From positions 34,968,001-35,032,000 of the forward strand of contig OZ024751.1 in the NCBI GenBank assembly GCA_964016885.1: a stretch of 64,000 nucleotides of DNA, written 5' to 3'. Position numbers and translations under genes: made by a program. The stretch's first letter is position 1. The number at the start of each line of letters is the position of its first letter. The DNA comes from Eledone cirrhosa. Taxonomy: Eukaryota. The notes beneath the pieces are model-generated. The model was not told where the DNA came from. It did not search any database and saw only the letters and a list, made by a program, of their open reading frames with translations. Below are positions 49,976 through 64,000 of this stretch, in pieces.

Positions 49976-52162
49976 ATATTTATTTTAAGAAACCTTAATG
50001 ACAAATAATATAAAGTGTTTGTAAAGTGGGGAAGAGTAGTTTTACGGTGGGGTTGTTATATAGATATCGTTTTTGCAGTGGGGTCGTGACTGGCGTATAA
50101 TAATGAGTCACTGTTGATGTATATACAAATCATGTTTTGGATATAAGTGAAGTTATTTAAGAGATTTAGTTGTTTTGTATACATTCATAACGGTACGCGA
50201 TGGGACCCACCCACAGCCCCGGCGGACAGAATGGAGAAGGCGTTTCCCCGGAGCACGGCAAGGGAGACGCGCTGGAAAAGCCACTCCAACTCGCGGGGCT
50301 CACACCTGCGGCTGGCCAGCTCAGCGCCTATGGTGGTGAGTAAGGAGGTAGCCCTGGGGCCGAGGACACCAGAAGTCTCCACTTCCAGGGGTACGACCGC
50401 AAACCTGTCGGAGAGTGAACGATATGTGAGGAGTTTGGCCCCCTCAGCCTGACGTGCAGCAGAACCTGGGCCAGTCGCAGACTGCACCAGGTTGCGGCTG
50501 CAGAAAGTGTCGGTGCAAGTGGCATCCCAGACGAGGGGTTTGCCACCGCGGGACGGGAAGATGGTCATGCCATCTAGCCTTTTGCCGTCCCCTCGAGCTG
50601 GGAAGGGAAGCCTGCAGCGTCCAAGCCATGCTTAATGACTTCGTTGAGGGCAGCATGGCGTGGATTGCGGGTGGAGGCCGAAAGAGTCCATGGTGGAACG
50701 GCAGCGACATTGGTGTGAGGCCGAGCCTCAGGGAAACGCCGATGCGCAAGCTATTGTTGTCTAGCTGCGTGCGAGTGGAGAAGGAGGGCAGGGCATGGAG
50801 CCAGGCCCCACTGTGGGGTTTGGAGGCTGCACGAAAACAAACAAGGCGGTGCTGGTCGAGCTGGCACGTGAGCCTGTCTGAGGCCAGACTGCACTGGATG
50901 GCATCCCAAGTGTGTTGGGGGGGACTTGACGTCAACAGGGGGAGAAGGAGGAGGAACGTCTACTGGGCTAAGTCCCAGCCGGCCCCACGTCTCACAGGCG
51001 GCCACGCGTTCTCTGAACACAGAGGGTTCTGTTGTGTTTTGAAGAACCTTGCTGAAGAGGACGTGGTACGAGGTTACCGACGAAAGATATGCCGGCAAAG
51101 CTAGTGAGATCGGGGACTGGAGGCGAAGGCCGCCATACCTGACAGGTAAAGTTGCATATCTCATCGGCTGCTGCTCGGATACAAGTTTAGGTGTAGCACA
51201 GAGTGTATAGAGGAGCTTCGGCATGGCGTAGCAGTTCCTCAGCAGAAAGAGAACTGGGTGGCCATCAATCAAGCCCAGTCGGCTCGTGAGAGTCTGGACT
51301 TGATGGAGGAGCGGATGGCCGGCGGGTGGATCGGTGAGGGCATCCTCTTTGGGGGGTCACCTGAACCTGGCGGAGAATGGACCGCACGTCCAAGACGGAG
51401 ACTGCAAAGCTTGCAGTATCGAGGCTGACATTCACCACCTCCGACTTGGCTGAGTTGACCTGGAGGTCGATTCCCGCCAGGGCAGGAACCACCGATTGAA
51501 GGTCATGGCAGACCGCCTGTACGGGCCCACCCAAAGTAGCATCATCCAGATACCAAACGTTGAGAGGGGCCATTATACTCCAGGCGATGTGGTCAATACC
51601 AAGGGTGAACAGGAGGGGTCCCAAAGGGTTGCCCTGTTGGATCCCAGTAGCCAAGGGTATGACCGTATCAGCAGCATGGCGCATGCTTGGGGCTCCATAT
51701 GACAGGTAGGCAGAGGGGGCTCGGCTGAGGCAGGCCTCGAGCAGATGATCCCAGCGTAAAGAGTTGAAGGCATTCCTCATGTCAAACTTGACAATGAGGT
51801 GGCTGGAGGCCCTGGATGCCGGTTCCGAGTGTTACGGACTTGCAGATTACCTTGGCAGCCAGCCTCCGGAAGACATTGCCCACAGCAATGGGGCGTATGC
51901 CATCCTCTTTCTTCCTGAGAGCGGTGAGGCTGGCCGAAAAAAAGAGGCCTCGAGCATAAGAGTCCAGGGCGCCATGGATGAGCCTATTGGTGAGCGCCAC
52001 AATTGCACTCAGAAGGCGGCGCCCGGCCTCAGCGGAGAGGGGAGATATCAACTCCTTGAGGAGGCCTGGTCAGAGACCATCAACATCTCCGCAGCTGCTA
52101 GCTGGGAAGGACCTGATGGCGGACATGATGTCTGCATCAGAAGCCACAAGGAGCAAGTGTGG
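49976..52162 (-). mobile_element. CRE-clade retrotransposon, copy 7 (26-bp deletion)
   Basis: ORF pieces 50185-50568 and 51265-51780. Confidence 0.9.
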
Positions 52163-54147
52163 ATTACAATACAAAACCTCTGAGAATGATTTCTAAGATA
52201 TTTCACCATAATTAATTTTCATCAATATATATTAATATTATTATTGTTTATTAGGTCAGGTGGATTGGCCAGAACAATTCTACTCTTCTTTTTTAGATGT
52301 CACGATTTTTCATGGCATTCCTGAGATCATTAATCTCCAGCTGGAGATCCAGAGACATCTGATGTATGTAGGTGAACCTCAGTCATCCCACTTGGCTCTT
52401 ACTATGTTTAGGTATCCACCACAGGAGCCAGCTCATCAGGTCATCCTACCCTCAGCAGCAATGTCCAGCATCTATTGATTTCCGCTCCCTAGTTATTGTG
52501 GTAATCTTCGATATCTGGGAATATATTTCTTCTGCTTAAGGGAGTAATAAATATATAGTTTTAAAAAAAACATATATATACACACACATATATATATGTT
52601 GTCATTTATAAGAGTTCTCTATCAAAAGCCTTCTCTATGTCCAAAGCTAAGTATAGTGGCTTATTTTTCTCTAAGAACCTCTTTTGTAGTTGTCTCACTA
52701 AGAAGAGGGCATCTGTTGCACTTTTCAGCGGCACAAAACCAAACTGCATCTCATACACATACATACATATACATACATACATACATATACACATACATAC
52801 ATACATCATCATCATCATCATCATCATCATTTCGTTTTAAGTCCGCTTTTTCCCTGCTTGCAAATGTGGGACGGGAACTGATTCTGGCTTGATTTCTACA
52901 GCTGGATGCCCTTCCTAACACCAACCTCATTTACAGTGAGTGCTGAGTGCTTTTTTGCCGTGGCACCTCCACGACCACTTTGCAGTGGAATGATATGGAC
53001 CCCAGTCCCTATCATCTCATTTCTACAGCTGAGTAAACTGGAGCAATGTGAAATAAAGTGTCTTGCTCAAGGAAACAACACATCACCCGGTCTGAGAATT
53101 GAACTCACAACCTTTCGATTGCCAGGCCAATGCTCGAACCACTAAGCCATGTGCCTCCATATACATATACATATACATACACATACATATACATATACAT
53201 ACATATATATATACATACATACATACATACACATACATACACATATACATACATATATATACATACATACACATACATAAGCATATACACATAAGTATAT
53301 ATACATATACACACGTATATATACATATACATACATACATATATACACATACATACATATATACATACATACACACATATACATACACATACATACATAT
53401 ACATACATATACACATACATACATATATATATATACGTACACACACATATATACATACACACACATATATACAAACACATACATATACACATATATACAC
53501 ATACATACACATACATATACATACATATACACATATACACTCATATATACATATACATACATACACACACATACATACATATATACATATACATACATAA
53601 AGACAAATCCACCTCATGGACGAGAATGCAAGGGCTCCTCCTCTTTGTTTCGGCCGCGGATGGCTAACCCTAACCCCATCCCCGCTCCCCACCGCTCCCA
53701 ACCTCCAAACGCAATCCAAAACTTCAGAGTTGGTACCATTAATGTAGGCACCTTATAGGGTGGCTCTAACGAGGTTGTAGAAATGCTTGAACGTAAGGAG
53801 GTCGATGTTTGTTGTATTCAAGAGACCAGGTGGAGGGGTGGGTCTGCTAGATTCATCGTGGGTAAAGAACGATGCTATAAGCTTTTCTGTGTGGCAAATG
53901 ACAATGGGCTGGGTATACACATACCACCCCACCACCCCACCGCAAAGTGGTCGTGGAGGCGCCGCGGCAAAAAAGCACCCAGCCCACACTGTAAAGCTGA
54001 CGTGGAGGTGCCACAGAAAAAAAAAAGCACCCAGCACTCACTGCAAACGGGGTTGGCGTCAGGAAGGGCACCCAGCTGTAGAAACCAATCCAGAATCAGC
54101 TCCCACCCCACCCTTGCAAGCATGGAAAAGCGGACGTATGATGAAGT

Positions 54148-54202
<55 letters not shown>

Positions 54203-54943
54203 TATATATATACACATATATATATACACACATATATATCAGTGTACATATATATATACATATATATATATATATAAATGAATATTTATTCAATTTAAAG
54301 CGCCAATTATCTATATATAACAAGATATGAATTTTTCTAGGGATGGGGAAATTTTCAGTTTGTTTTTATATTTTCACTTCATTTTTTACTTTCTATTTAA
54401 TACAGTCTTTGATCCAATATAATCCTGACAGTATTTGAACCAGTTTACCTCATATATATGTATGCACACACAACACTCAAGTTTCGCCATCTACTGCTAT
54501 TTCATTCATATTTATTGTTTAATTAACTCTGGTCTAATTCATCAACTATTGTTAATTATATTATTACGTAGATTTCTTATAAAATCTAGTGCATATATAC
54601 GTGTATATATACAGGGAGACACTGTAATAGATGTAAAGAGAGTGGGAGATAGAGTTATAGAAGTAAAGAGAGGGGGAGAAATAAGCGGTAGATAGAGTAA
54701 TAGATGTAAAGAGAGGGTTAGAACGTTCAACTTGACAGTCAGTACAATGTTCAGCATGGTAGCCAGTACATATGCCAACTACCCAACCGGCCAGCCAGCC
54801 GCATATGCGGTTGACTGGCCAGTTGGGCGGTTGGTATGTGGAACGTTCAACTACGCAGTCAGTACCAAAGTTCAACATTGTAGCCAGTGCATATGCCGAT
54901 CGCCGCGCCCTCTTTGCTCTATTTTAATGACCTGGAACTAAGT

Positions 54944-55056
54944 AAAAAGAGTAGGAGATAACTCGACAAGAGCGGAGAGGGTGAGATTCGAACCATGTAA
55001 AGTCGTTGGCCCCTGAACTTCGTAAGCGGGGCTGCTACTGACTGAGCAGCGCCGGC
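54944..55056 (-). ncRNA. Candidate tRNA-like Pol III small RNA, copy 8
   Basis: As copy 4, plus CAGGAGC to CAGGGGC. Confidence 0.5.
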
Positions 55057-55842
55057 AGCAAGGCAAATCGCGCATAAAATAACGCTTATATCGACAAAAA
55101 AAAAAAAAAAATTTCAATGCTGCACTCTTGTTTGTTGTTCTTTTATTTTACGTAAACATTTCGCTGCTCTAGCCTCTTATTTCCTATTAGATTACACTTA
55201 ATTCCATTAAACATTCATTCTTAGTCTCGTGGTAAACTATTTCATCTATATTTATATCGCTGTTACAGCCTTTTATTTCTACATCTATCACCTATAGCCA
55301 CTGTTACGCCGGTAGTATAAGTAGCTTTATAACAAGAAACGATGATATAACTCCACAAAATGTCTTCTTCAGCAAGACACTTCACTTCATATTGCTCCAG
55401 TACACCGAGTTACACATAGACAGATACATACATACATACACAGATAGAAATGAGAGGTAGATAGAGTAAAAGATTTAAAGAGAGTGTGAGAAGTACGAGT
55501 TAGATAGTGTAAAAGATTTAAAGAGAGGGTGAGAGTGTGACACACATTTATCTGTCTATCTCTCTCTATTTTAACACCGGTCGTTATAATTAGTTTTATA
55601 ACACCGCTATATTACCGACATGAAAGAGGTAAATAATTATTTCTTAAATGTTTAGAACATGTTTCTCTTGTCTTCTTAAATGTATAGAACATGTTTCTTA
55701 TTTATATTCTTAACATAGCTAGGACCTTATCTCATTTACTGGTCTCTACTTTTAGGGCTTTGCTGGTCCCATGTGCCCTCCATGAAGACACACTCGCCCC
55801 TTCTCTCTCAGTCTCCGTACTAATTACTACACATACGTATAT

Positions 55843-58029
55843 ATATTTATTTTAAGAAACCTTAATGACAAATAATATAAAGTGTTTGTAAAGTGGGGAA
55901 GAGTAGTTTTACGGTGGGGTTGTTATATAGATATCGTTTTTGCAGTGGGGTCGTGACTGGCGTATAATAATGAGTCACTGTTGATGTATATACAAATCAT
56001 GTTTTGGATATAAGTGAAGTTATTTAAGAGATTTAGTTGTTTTGTATACATTCATAACGGTACGCGATGGGACCCACCCACAGCCCCGGCGCACAGAATG
56101 GAGAAGGCGTTTCCCCGGAGCACGGCAAGGGAGACGCGCTGGAAAAGCCACTCCAACTCGCGGGGCTCACACCTGCGGCTGGCCAGCTCAGCGCCTATGG
56201 TGGTGAGTAAGGAGGTAGCCCTGGGGCCGAGGACACCAGAAGTCTCCACTTCCAGGGGTACGACCGCAAACCTGTCGGAGAGTGAACGATATGTGAGGAG
56301 TTTGGCCCCCTCAGCCTGACGTGCAGCAGAACCTGGGCCAGTCGCAGACTGCACCAGGTTGCGGCTGCAGAAAGTGTCGGTGCAAGTGGCATCCCAGACG
56401 AGGGGTTTGCCACCGCGGAACGGGAAGATGGTCATGCCATCTAGCCTTTTGCCGTCCCCTCGAGCTGGGAAGGGAAGCCTGCAGCGTCCAAGCCATGCTT
56501 AATGACTTCGTTGAGGGCAGCATGGCGTGGATTGCGGGTGGAGGCCGAAAGAGTCCATGGTGGAACGGCAGCGACATTGGTGTGAGGCCGAGCCTCAGGG
56601 AAACGCCGATGCGCAAGCTATTGTCGTCTAGCTGCGTGCGAGTGGAGAAGGAGGGCAGGGCATGGAGCCAGGCCCCACTGTGGGGTTTGGAGGCTGCACG
56701 AAAACAAACAAGGCGGTGCTGGTCGAGCTGGCACGTGAGCCTGTCTGAGGCCAGGCTGCACTGGATGGCATCCCAAGTGTGTTGGGGGGGACTTGACGTC
56801 AACAGGGGGAGAAGGAGGAGGAACGTCTACTGGGCTAAGTCCCAGCCGGTCCCACGTCTCACAGGCGGCCACGCGTTCTCTGAACACAGAGGGTTCTGTT
56901 GTGTTTTGAAGAACCCTGCTGAAGAGGACGTGGTACGAGGTTACCGACGAAAGATATGCCGGCAAAGCTAGTGAGATCGGGGACTGGAGGCGAAGGCCGC
57001 CATACCTGACAGGTAAAGTTGCATATCTCATCGGCTGCTGCTCGGATACAAGTTTAGGTGTAGCACAGAGTGTATAGAGGAGCTTCGGCATGGCGTAGCA
57101 GTTCCTCAGCAGAAAGAGAACTGGGTGGCCATCAATCAAGCCCAGTCGGCTCGTGAGAGTCTGGACTTGATGGAGGAGCGGATGGCCGGCGGGTGGATCG
57201 GTGAGGGCATCCTCTTTGGGGGGTCACCTGAACCTGGCGGAGAATGGACCGCACGTCCAAGACGGAGACTGCAAAGCTTGCAGCATCGAGGCTGACATTC
57301 ACCACCTCCGACTTGGCTGAGTTGACCTGGAGGTCGATTCCCGCCAGGGCAGGAACCACCGATTGAAGGTCATGGCAGACCGCCTGTACGGGCCCACCCA
57401 AAGTAGCATCATCCAGATACCAAACGTTGAGAGGGGCCGTTATACTCCAGGCGATGTGGTCAATACCAAGGGTGAACAGGAGGGGTCCCAAAGGGTTGCC
57501 CTGTTGGATCCCAGTAGCCAAGGGTATGACCGTATCAGCAGCATGGCGCATGCTTGGGGCTCCATATGACAGGTAGGCAGAGGGGGCTCGGCTGAGGCAG
57601 GCCTCGAGCAGATGATCCCAGCGTAAAGAGTTGAAGGCATTCCTCATGTCAAACTTGACAATGAGGTGGCTGGAGGCCCTGGATGCCGGTTCCGAGTGTT
57701 ACGGACTTGCAGATTACCTTGGCAGCCAGCCTCCGGAAGACATTGCCCACAGCAATGGGGCGTATGCCATCCTCTTTCTTCCTGAGAGCGGTGAGGCTGG
57801 CCGAAAAAAAGAGGCCTCGAGCATAAGAGTCCAGGGCGCCATGGATGAGCCTATTGGTGAGCGCCACAATTGCACTCAGAAGGCGGCGCCCGGCCTCAGC
57901 GGAGAGGGGAGATATCAACTCCTTGAGGAGGCCTGGTCAGAGACCATCAACATCTCCGCAGCTGCTAGCTGGGAAGGACCTGATGGCGGACATGATGTCT
58001 GCATCAGAAGCCACAAGGAGCAAGTGTGG
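55843..58029 (-). mobile_element. CRE-clade retrotransposon, copy 8 (26-bp deletion)
   Basis: ORF pieces 56052-56435 and 57132-57647. Confidence 0.9.
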
Positions 58030-60525
58030 ATTACAATACAAAACCTCTGAGAATGATTTCTAAGATATTTCACCATAATTAATTTTCATCAATATATATT
58101 AATATTATTATTGTTTATTAGGTCAGGTGGATTGGCCAGAACAATTCTACTCTTCTTTTTTAGATGTCACGATTTTTCATGGCATTCCTGAGATCATTAA
58201 TCTCCAGCTGGAGATCCAGAGACATCTGATGTATGTAGGTGAACCTCAGTCATCCCACTTGGCTCTTACTATGTTTAGGTATCCACCACAGGAGCCAGCT
58301 CATCAGGTCATCCTACCCTCAGCAGCAATGTCCAGCATCTATTGATTTCCGCTCCCTAGTTATTGTGGTAATCTTCGATATCTGGGAATATATTTCTTCT
58401 GCTTAAGGGAGTAATAAATATATAGTTTTAAAAAAAACATATATATACACACACATATATATATGTTGTCATTTATAAGAGTTCTCTATCAAAAGCCTTC
58501 TCTATGTCCAAAGCTAAGTATAGTGGCTTATTTTTCTCTAAGAACCTCTTTTGTAGTTGTCTCACTAAGAAGAGGGCATCTGTTGCACTTTTCAGCGGCT
58601 TAATTAATTAATGAGGTTTAATTAATGAGGAATTTTGAGGTATTTATAACAATTATTAATTATTTCATTACTGAGATATCATTTGAAGGACTTACTAATG
58701 TTTTTATTTATTAATTATTTTATTAGTAACTTAACATGTGGTTCTTGTATAAAATTATGTTGGAAGATTTTAGGAAGATGCTATGTAGCCGGTCGCGGTA
58801 AAATAGACGCCCAGGCTATGTAGCCGGTAAGAGTGTCAGACTCCATGTGTTGCGGCCCTTTATGGTCTGAGTTAAGACAATTTAAAATCTTTTCCACCAT
58901 CAATTGTTAAAAAACAAGTTAAAATCATTTTGTCGTCCATTTGTAACGTACGTTACACTTTAGTTACATACACATATACTATGTTACATACACACATCTA
59001 CTGTGTTACATACACACACATCAACTGGGTTGTATACACACACATCTACTGCGTTACATACACATCTACTGTGTTACACACACATCTACTGTGTTACATA
59101 CACACACATCTACTGAGTTACATACACACACATCTACTGTGTTACATACACACACATCTTCTGTGTTACATACACACATCTACTATGTTACATACACACA
59201 TCTACTGTGTTACATACACACACCTGTGTTACATACACACACATCTACTGAGTTACATACACACAGATCTACTGTGTTACATACACACACATCTACTGTG
59301 TTACACACATCTTCTATGTTACATACACACAATCTACTGTGTTACATACACACATCTACTGAGTTACATACACACACATCTACTGAGTTACATACACACA
59401 CATGTACTGTGTTACATACACACATCTACTGTGTTACATACATACACATCTACTGTGTTACATACATACACATCTACTGTTACATACACACATCTACCGT
59501 GTTACACACACACATCTACCGTGTTACACACACACATCTACCGTGTTACACACACACATCTACCGTGTTACACACACACATCTACTGAGTTACATACACA
59601 TATACTGAGTTACATGCAAACACACATCTACTCTGTTACATATACACATCTACTGTGTTACATACACATCTACTGTGATACACACACACACATCTACTCA
59701 TACATATTCATAAATAGACACACATTATACAAATAATTATTACATACACACACATCTCTGTAATAATTCAGGAAGGAAGGGGCTGGTGAAACGCTATAGC
59801 AATGTGTGTGTGTTGTGTACCTTTCAGGTTTACCGGTTTCGTAGCCTATTTGAAGATTTTATTATAATTATGAACCTTATAATTCAATTAATTATGAATA
59901 ATTTTGAGCTATTTATCACAATTGTTAGTTAATTACTAACATAGTAACTTACCATATGGTTGTTATATAGAATTTTGTTGGAAGACTTTAATTTAGATAG
60001 GAACCATTTCCATAGTACGAGAACTAATTTTGGCTGGGTTTCTACCAAAAGGGTTAATGAAGAATTTTGAACAATTTACTAAAATTATTAATTATTTCAT
60101 TACTAAGATAATGTGTGAATACACAATTATATGTGTGTATATATATATAAACAGTATATATATATATAGTATATATATATATAAACAGTATATATATATA
60201 TAGTATATATATATATAAACAGTATATATATAGTATACAAAAGATGTAGTGGGATAGTGTGTAGTCTTAAGACAAGTCTGTCCAGATAGCTGCGCTGTAA
60301 CTTACACTTATTGGGACTGTGTGTTGGCAAGCAGGCCTGTATTTTGGGATCTAGCTGGTCCATTATGAGGGAGGTCTGGTTAGTTGGCAGCACCATGCCT
60401 TACTTGTGGTATATGTATGTATAGAAATAAGTTATTGTATATGCATAACTGTCCATCTATATGTATACATGTATGTTTACTTATATCTTTGCATACATAT
60501 ATACATTTTCAGATGTATACACGTA

Positions 60526-62452
60526 ATGGTCACCCGGATAGTAAACCAAGTCATACAGAATGGGGTTGTTCTGAAGGACTGGCGTAGCAGCATCATCATT
60601 AACTGTTACAAGGGTAAAGGAGATGCCCTAGATAGGAGTAACTATAGAGGCATTAAATTAATCGACCAGGTCATGAAGGTCACGGAAAAAGTAATAGCGC
60701 AACTAATCAGAGAGAGAATTGATCTAGATGAAATGCAGTTCGGGTTTGTGTCAGGTAAAAGTACCACAGACGCTCTTTTCATTGTACGACAACTACAGGA
60801 GAAGTACCTAGTTAAAAGTAAACCCCTATACTTAGCTTTTGTTGACTTGGAGAAAGCCTTCGACAGAGTCCCCCGTTCCATTATCTGGTGGGCTCTTAGA
60901 AAACTAGGTGTTGAGGAATGGCTTGTGAGAGCTATACGAGCCATGTATAAAGAAACAGTCAGCAAGGTTAGAATTAACAACGAATATAGTGAAGAGTTTA
61001 GCGTAAAAGTTGGTGTTCATCAGGGCTCCGTCCTTAGCCCCCTACTATTTATTATTGCCCTTCAGGCTATAACAGTGGAGTTCAAGACCGGCTGCCCATG
61101 GGAACTCCTATACGCAGATGATCTAACGCTCATAGCTGAATCAATGGCCGAGCTAGAGAAGAAATTCCAAACATGGAAGCAAGGCCTAGAATCAGAAGGC
61201 CTTAAAATTAACCTGGCTAAGACTAAAGTTCTAGTTTGTAGGAAAGAAAATAAGGCGCCGGTCCCTTCCGGGAAATGGCCATGCTCAGTGTGTAGGAAAG
61301 GCGTAGGTAGAAACTCCATTTTATGTCCCAAATGCAAAGTATGGGTTCATAAAAGATGTAGTGGGATCACAGGTAAGCTAACTAAGAACATAGATTTTAC
61401 ATGTGGCCGGTGCTCTGGTGCAATAAGTAGCAGCAAGTGCCCACAAAATACTAGCTCTTTCAATTGCGCAGAGGGTTCTATAGAAATAGTGGACAGCTTC
61501 CGTTACCTGGGTGACAAAATCAGCAGTGGGGGAGGGTGCTCTGAAAGTACAGTAGCTAGAGTCAGAACTGGATGGAAAAAGTTCAGAGAGCTTATACCAC
61601 TATTAGCCGCTAAAGGGTTCTCCCTAAAAATGAAAGGCAGGTTGTATGATGCCTGCATATGAACAGCAATGTTGCATGGCAGTGAGACCTGGGCATTGTG
61701 TGCAGAGGATATACGCAGACTAGAGAGGAACGAAGCTTGCATGCTTCGCTGGATGTGTAATAGTAATATATGTGAACGGCAAAGCATAAACGAACTAAGG
61801 GAAAAATTAGAAATAAGAGGGATCAGATGTTGTGTACTCGAGAGAAGACTACGTTGGTATGGTCCACGTGATGCGGATGAAAGACGACAGCTGTATAAAA
61901 AAAATGCAGGGCAATAAAGATAGACGGTAGCCACGGAGTAGGCAGACCTAGAAAAACCTGGGACGACTTGATAAATTCCGACCTCACACACTTACACCTC
62001 TCCAAGACAATGTCACTGGACCGAGATCTTTGGCGGTACTCAGTAATAGAGAAGACCCGCCTTACCTAGATACAAAGTAAAACCTACTACAGTCAGTAGG
62101 CACCTCTAACAAAATACACCCCCACCCCATCCACACCGCCCCTTTCAATGTAAAGTTATGTTGGTGCCACAACATCCAGGCCGAAACAAATGAGGTCGTG
62201 TAGGTGTCACGACAAAAAAAAAAAACACAGTCCACGCAGTAATGTGGCCGTGTAGGTAACACGGTAAAAACCTCCCAGTCCCACACTGTAAATGCGGTTG
62301 GTGTTAGGAAGGGCATCCAGCTGTAGAAAACCCGCCAGACAGTCCTATGCGAGCAAGACAACCACTCTTGCCTCAAGTGGGAAAATTCCCGTCCAAACCC
62401 ATGCAAGCGTGGAATATGGACGTTAAACGATGATGATGATGATGATGATGAT
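60526..62452 (+). mobile_element. 5'-truncated RTE LINE with PHD-like finger, copy 2
   Basis: ORF 60406-61662 translates identically to 38771-40027 and has the same lesions. Confidence 0.95.
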
Positions 62453-62475
62453 ATATATATATATATATATATATA

Positions 62476-63600
62476 TTCCTTTGACATTTCTTAGAAAAAA
62501 AATGAAAAAGTTTTGTGAGAACCCCAATGTTTATTTATTTTATTTTATTTTTAAATAAAATTAATAACATTAATTTTATTTTGAAATTAGGTTTATAAAT
62601 ATTAATTATCAGCAGACCTTTGTAGCAGTCTTGGCGGCTTAGTGGGAAGTACCAGAGATGGTGAGGTCCTTGTCTGTAGGTTCAATCCTGGTCTGGGAGT
62701 TCAATCATTGCTGTAATGTGTCCTGTTAATCTTTTTTTAAATTTTCCTCAGAAAAAACTGAAAATCTTTGGTGAGAACCCCAATGTCTATTTATCTAATA
62801 TAATTTAATTTATTTTATTTTATTTTACTTTAGTTAAATTGTCAAAACCACTGGTGATCTAAAGTTAGAGGAGACAGATAAAATAGACATATTGTCTCCT
62901 CAACCTTTAGATCTTCAGTGTTTTCGACAATTTAACTAAAATAAAAAATTAAATTCAATATAATTAAATAAATAGGGGTTCTCTTTTTCAAAGAGATATA
63001 GAAAGAAAATTATAAAAGATTAACATGACACCTTACATGTATCTCATGGACCAGGATTGAACCTGAGTCCCCAATTCAACCCTCAGACCAGGATTGAACA
63101 CCCAGAACAGGATCTCACCATCTCTGGTACTTCCCACTAAGCTACCAAGACTGATACAAAGATGTACTGAAATTTAATATTTATAAACCTACTTTCAAAA
63201 TAAAATTAAAAATAAAATATATATATATATATATTCCTTTGACATTTCTTAGAAAAAAGAACTGAAAAAGTTTTGTGAGAACGCCAATGTCTATTTATTT
63301 TATTTTATTTTTAATTAAATTAGTTATATTTTGAAAGTAGGTTTATAAATATTAATTTTCAATAGACCTTTGTAGCAGTCTTGGTGGCTTAGTGGGAAGT
63401 ACCAGAGATGGTGAGATCCTTGTCTGTAAGTTCAATTCTTGCTTGGAGACATGTCTAATGTGTCCTATTAATCTTTTTTTAATTTTCCTTTTACATCTCT
63501 TAGAAATAACTGAAAATCTTTGGTGAGAACCCCAATGTCTATTTATCTAATATAATTAATTTAATTTAATTTAATTTAATTTTTATTTTAGTGAAACCAC
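62476..63600. mobile_element. Foldback element, copy 2
   Basis: Duplicate of 40835-41958. Confidence 0.8.
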
Positions 63601-64000
63601 TGTTGTATTCAAGAGACCAGGTGGAGGGGTGGGTCTGCTAGATTCATCGTGGGTAAAGAACGGTGCTATGAACTTTTCTGGGTGGGAAATGACAATGGGC
63701 TGGGTATACACATACCACCCCACCACCCCACCGTAAAGTGGTCGTGGAGGCGCCACGGCAAAAAAGCACCCAGCCCGCTCTGTAAAGCTGACGTGGAGGT
63801 GCCACGGAAAAAAAAAAAGCACCCAGCACTCACTGCAAACTGGGTTGGCGTCAGGAAGGGCACCCAGCTGTAGAAACCAATCCAGAATCAGCTCCCACCC
63901 CACCCTTGCAAGCATGGAAAAGCGGACGTATGATGAAGTTGATATATATATATATATATTAGTATATATATACACATACATATGTACACATATACACATA

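Larger units (their letters stand above)
58600..63600. repeat. Block X, copy 2
   Basis: Same junctions as copy 1; extra 14-bp duplication TTTAATTAATGAGG at the left end; offset 21621-21642 bp. Confidence 0.95.
6821..64000. repeat. Composite macrosatellite, ~5.92-kb monomer, at least 8 copies, continuing past the window end
   Basis: The RLE ORF end recurs at 10679, 16625, 22550, 28474, 34431, 44219, 50185 and 56052 (spacings 5946, 5925, 5924, 5957, 9788, 5966, 5867). Confidence 0.98.

Overview
Eukaryotic, repeat-rich animal DNA. The repeat types (RTE LINEs with (GAT)n tails, tRNA-headed SINEs, (CATA)n/(TA)n runs) suggest a mollusc, probably an octopus-like cephalopod; this is inference. Bases 1-6.8 kb are unique sequence. 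They hold a large terminal exon resembling GEN1 (1119-2911), the first coding exon of RMND5/GID2 (6581-6716), and TE debris that includes a decayed type I hammerhead ribozyme. From about 6.8 kb to the window end is one macrosatellite with a ~5.92-kb monomer, apparently inside RMND5 intron 1. Each monomer contains a 5'-truncated CRE-clade (RT + CCHC + RLE) retrotransposon, RTE fragments, a SINE, an internally deleted RTE, and a compact module not assignable to a known TE. That module is a ~113-nt tRNA-like Pol III unit (TATA-like, A box, B box, T5) next to a ~72-nt hairpin flanked by 56-bp direct repeats. A ~5-kb block (minisatellite, PHD-bearing RTE LINE, foldback) replaces part of the monomer twice, 21.6 kb apart, giving a higher-order repeat. 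Most ORFs in the supplied track are microsatellite or antisense artefacts.
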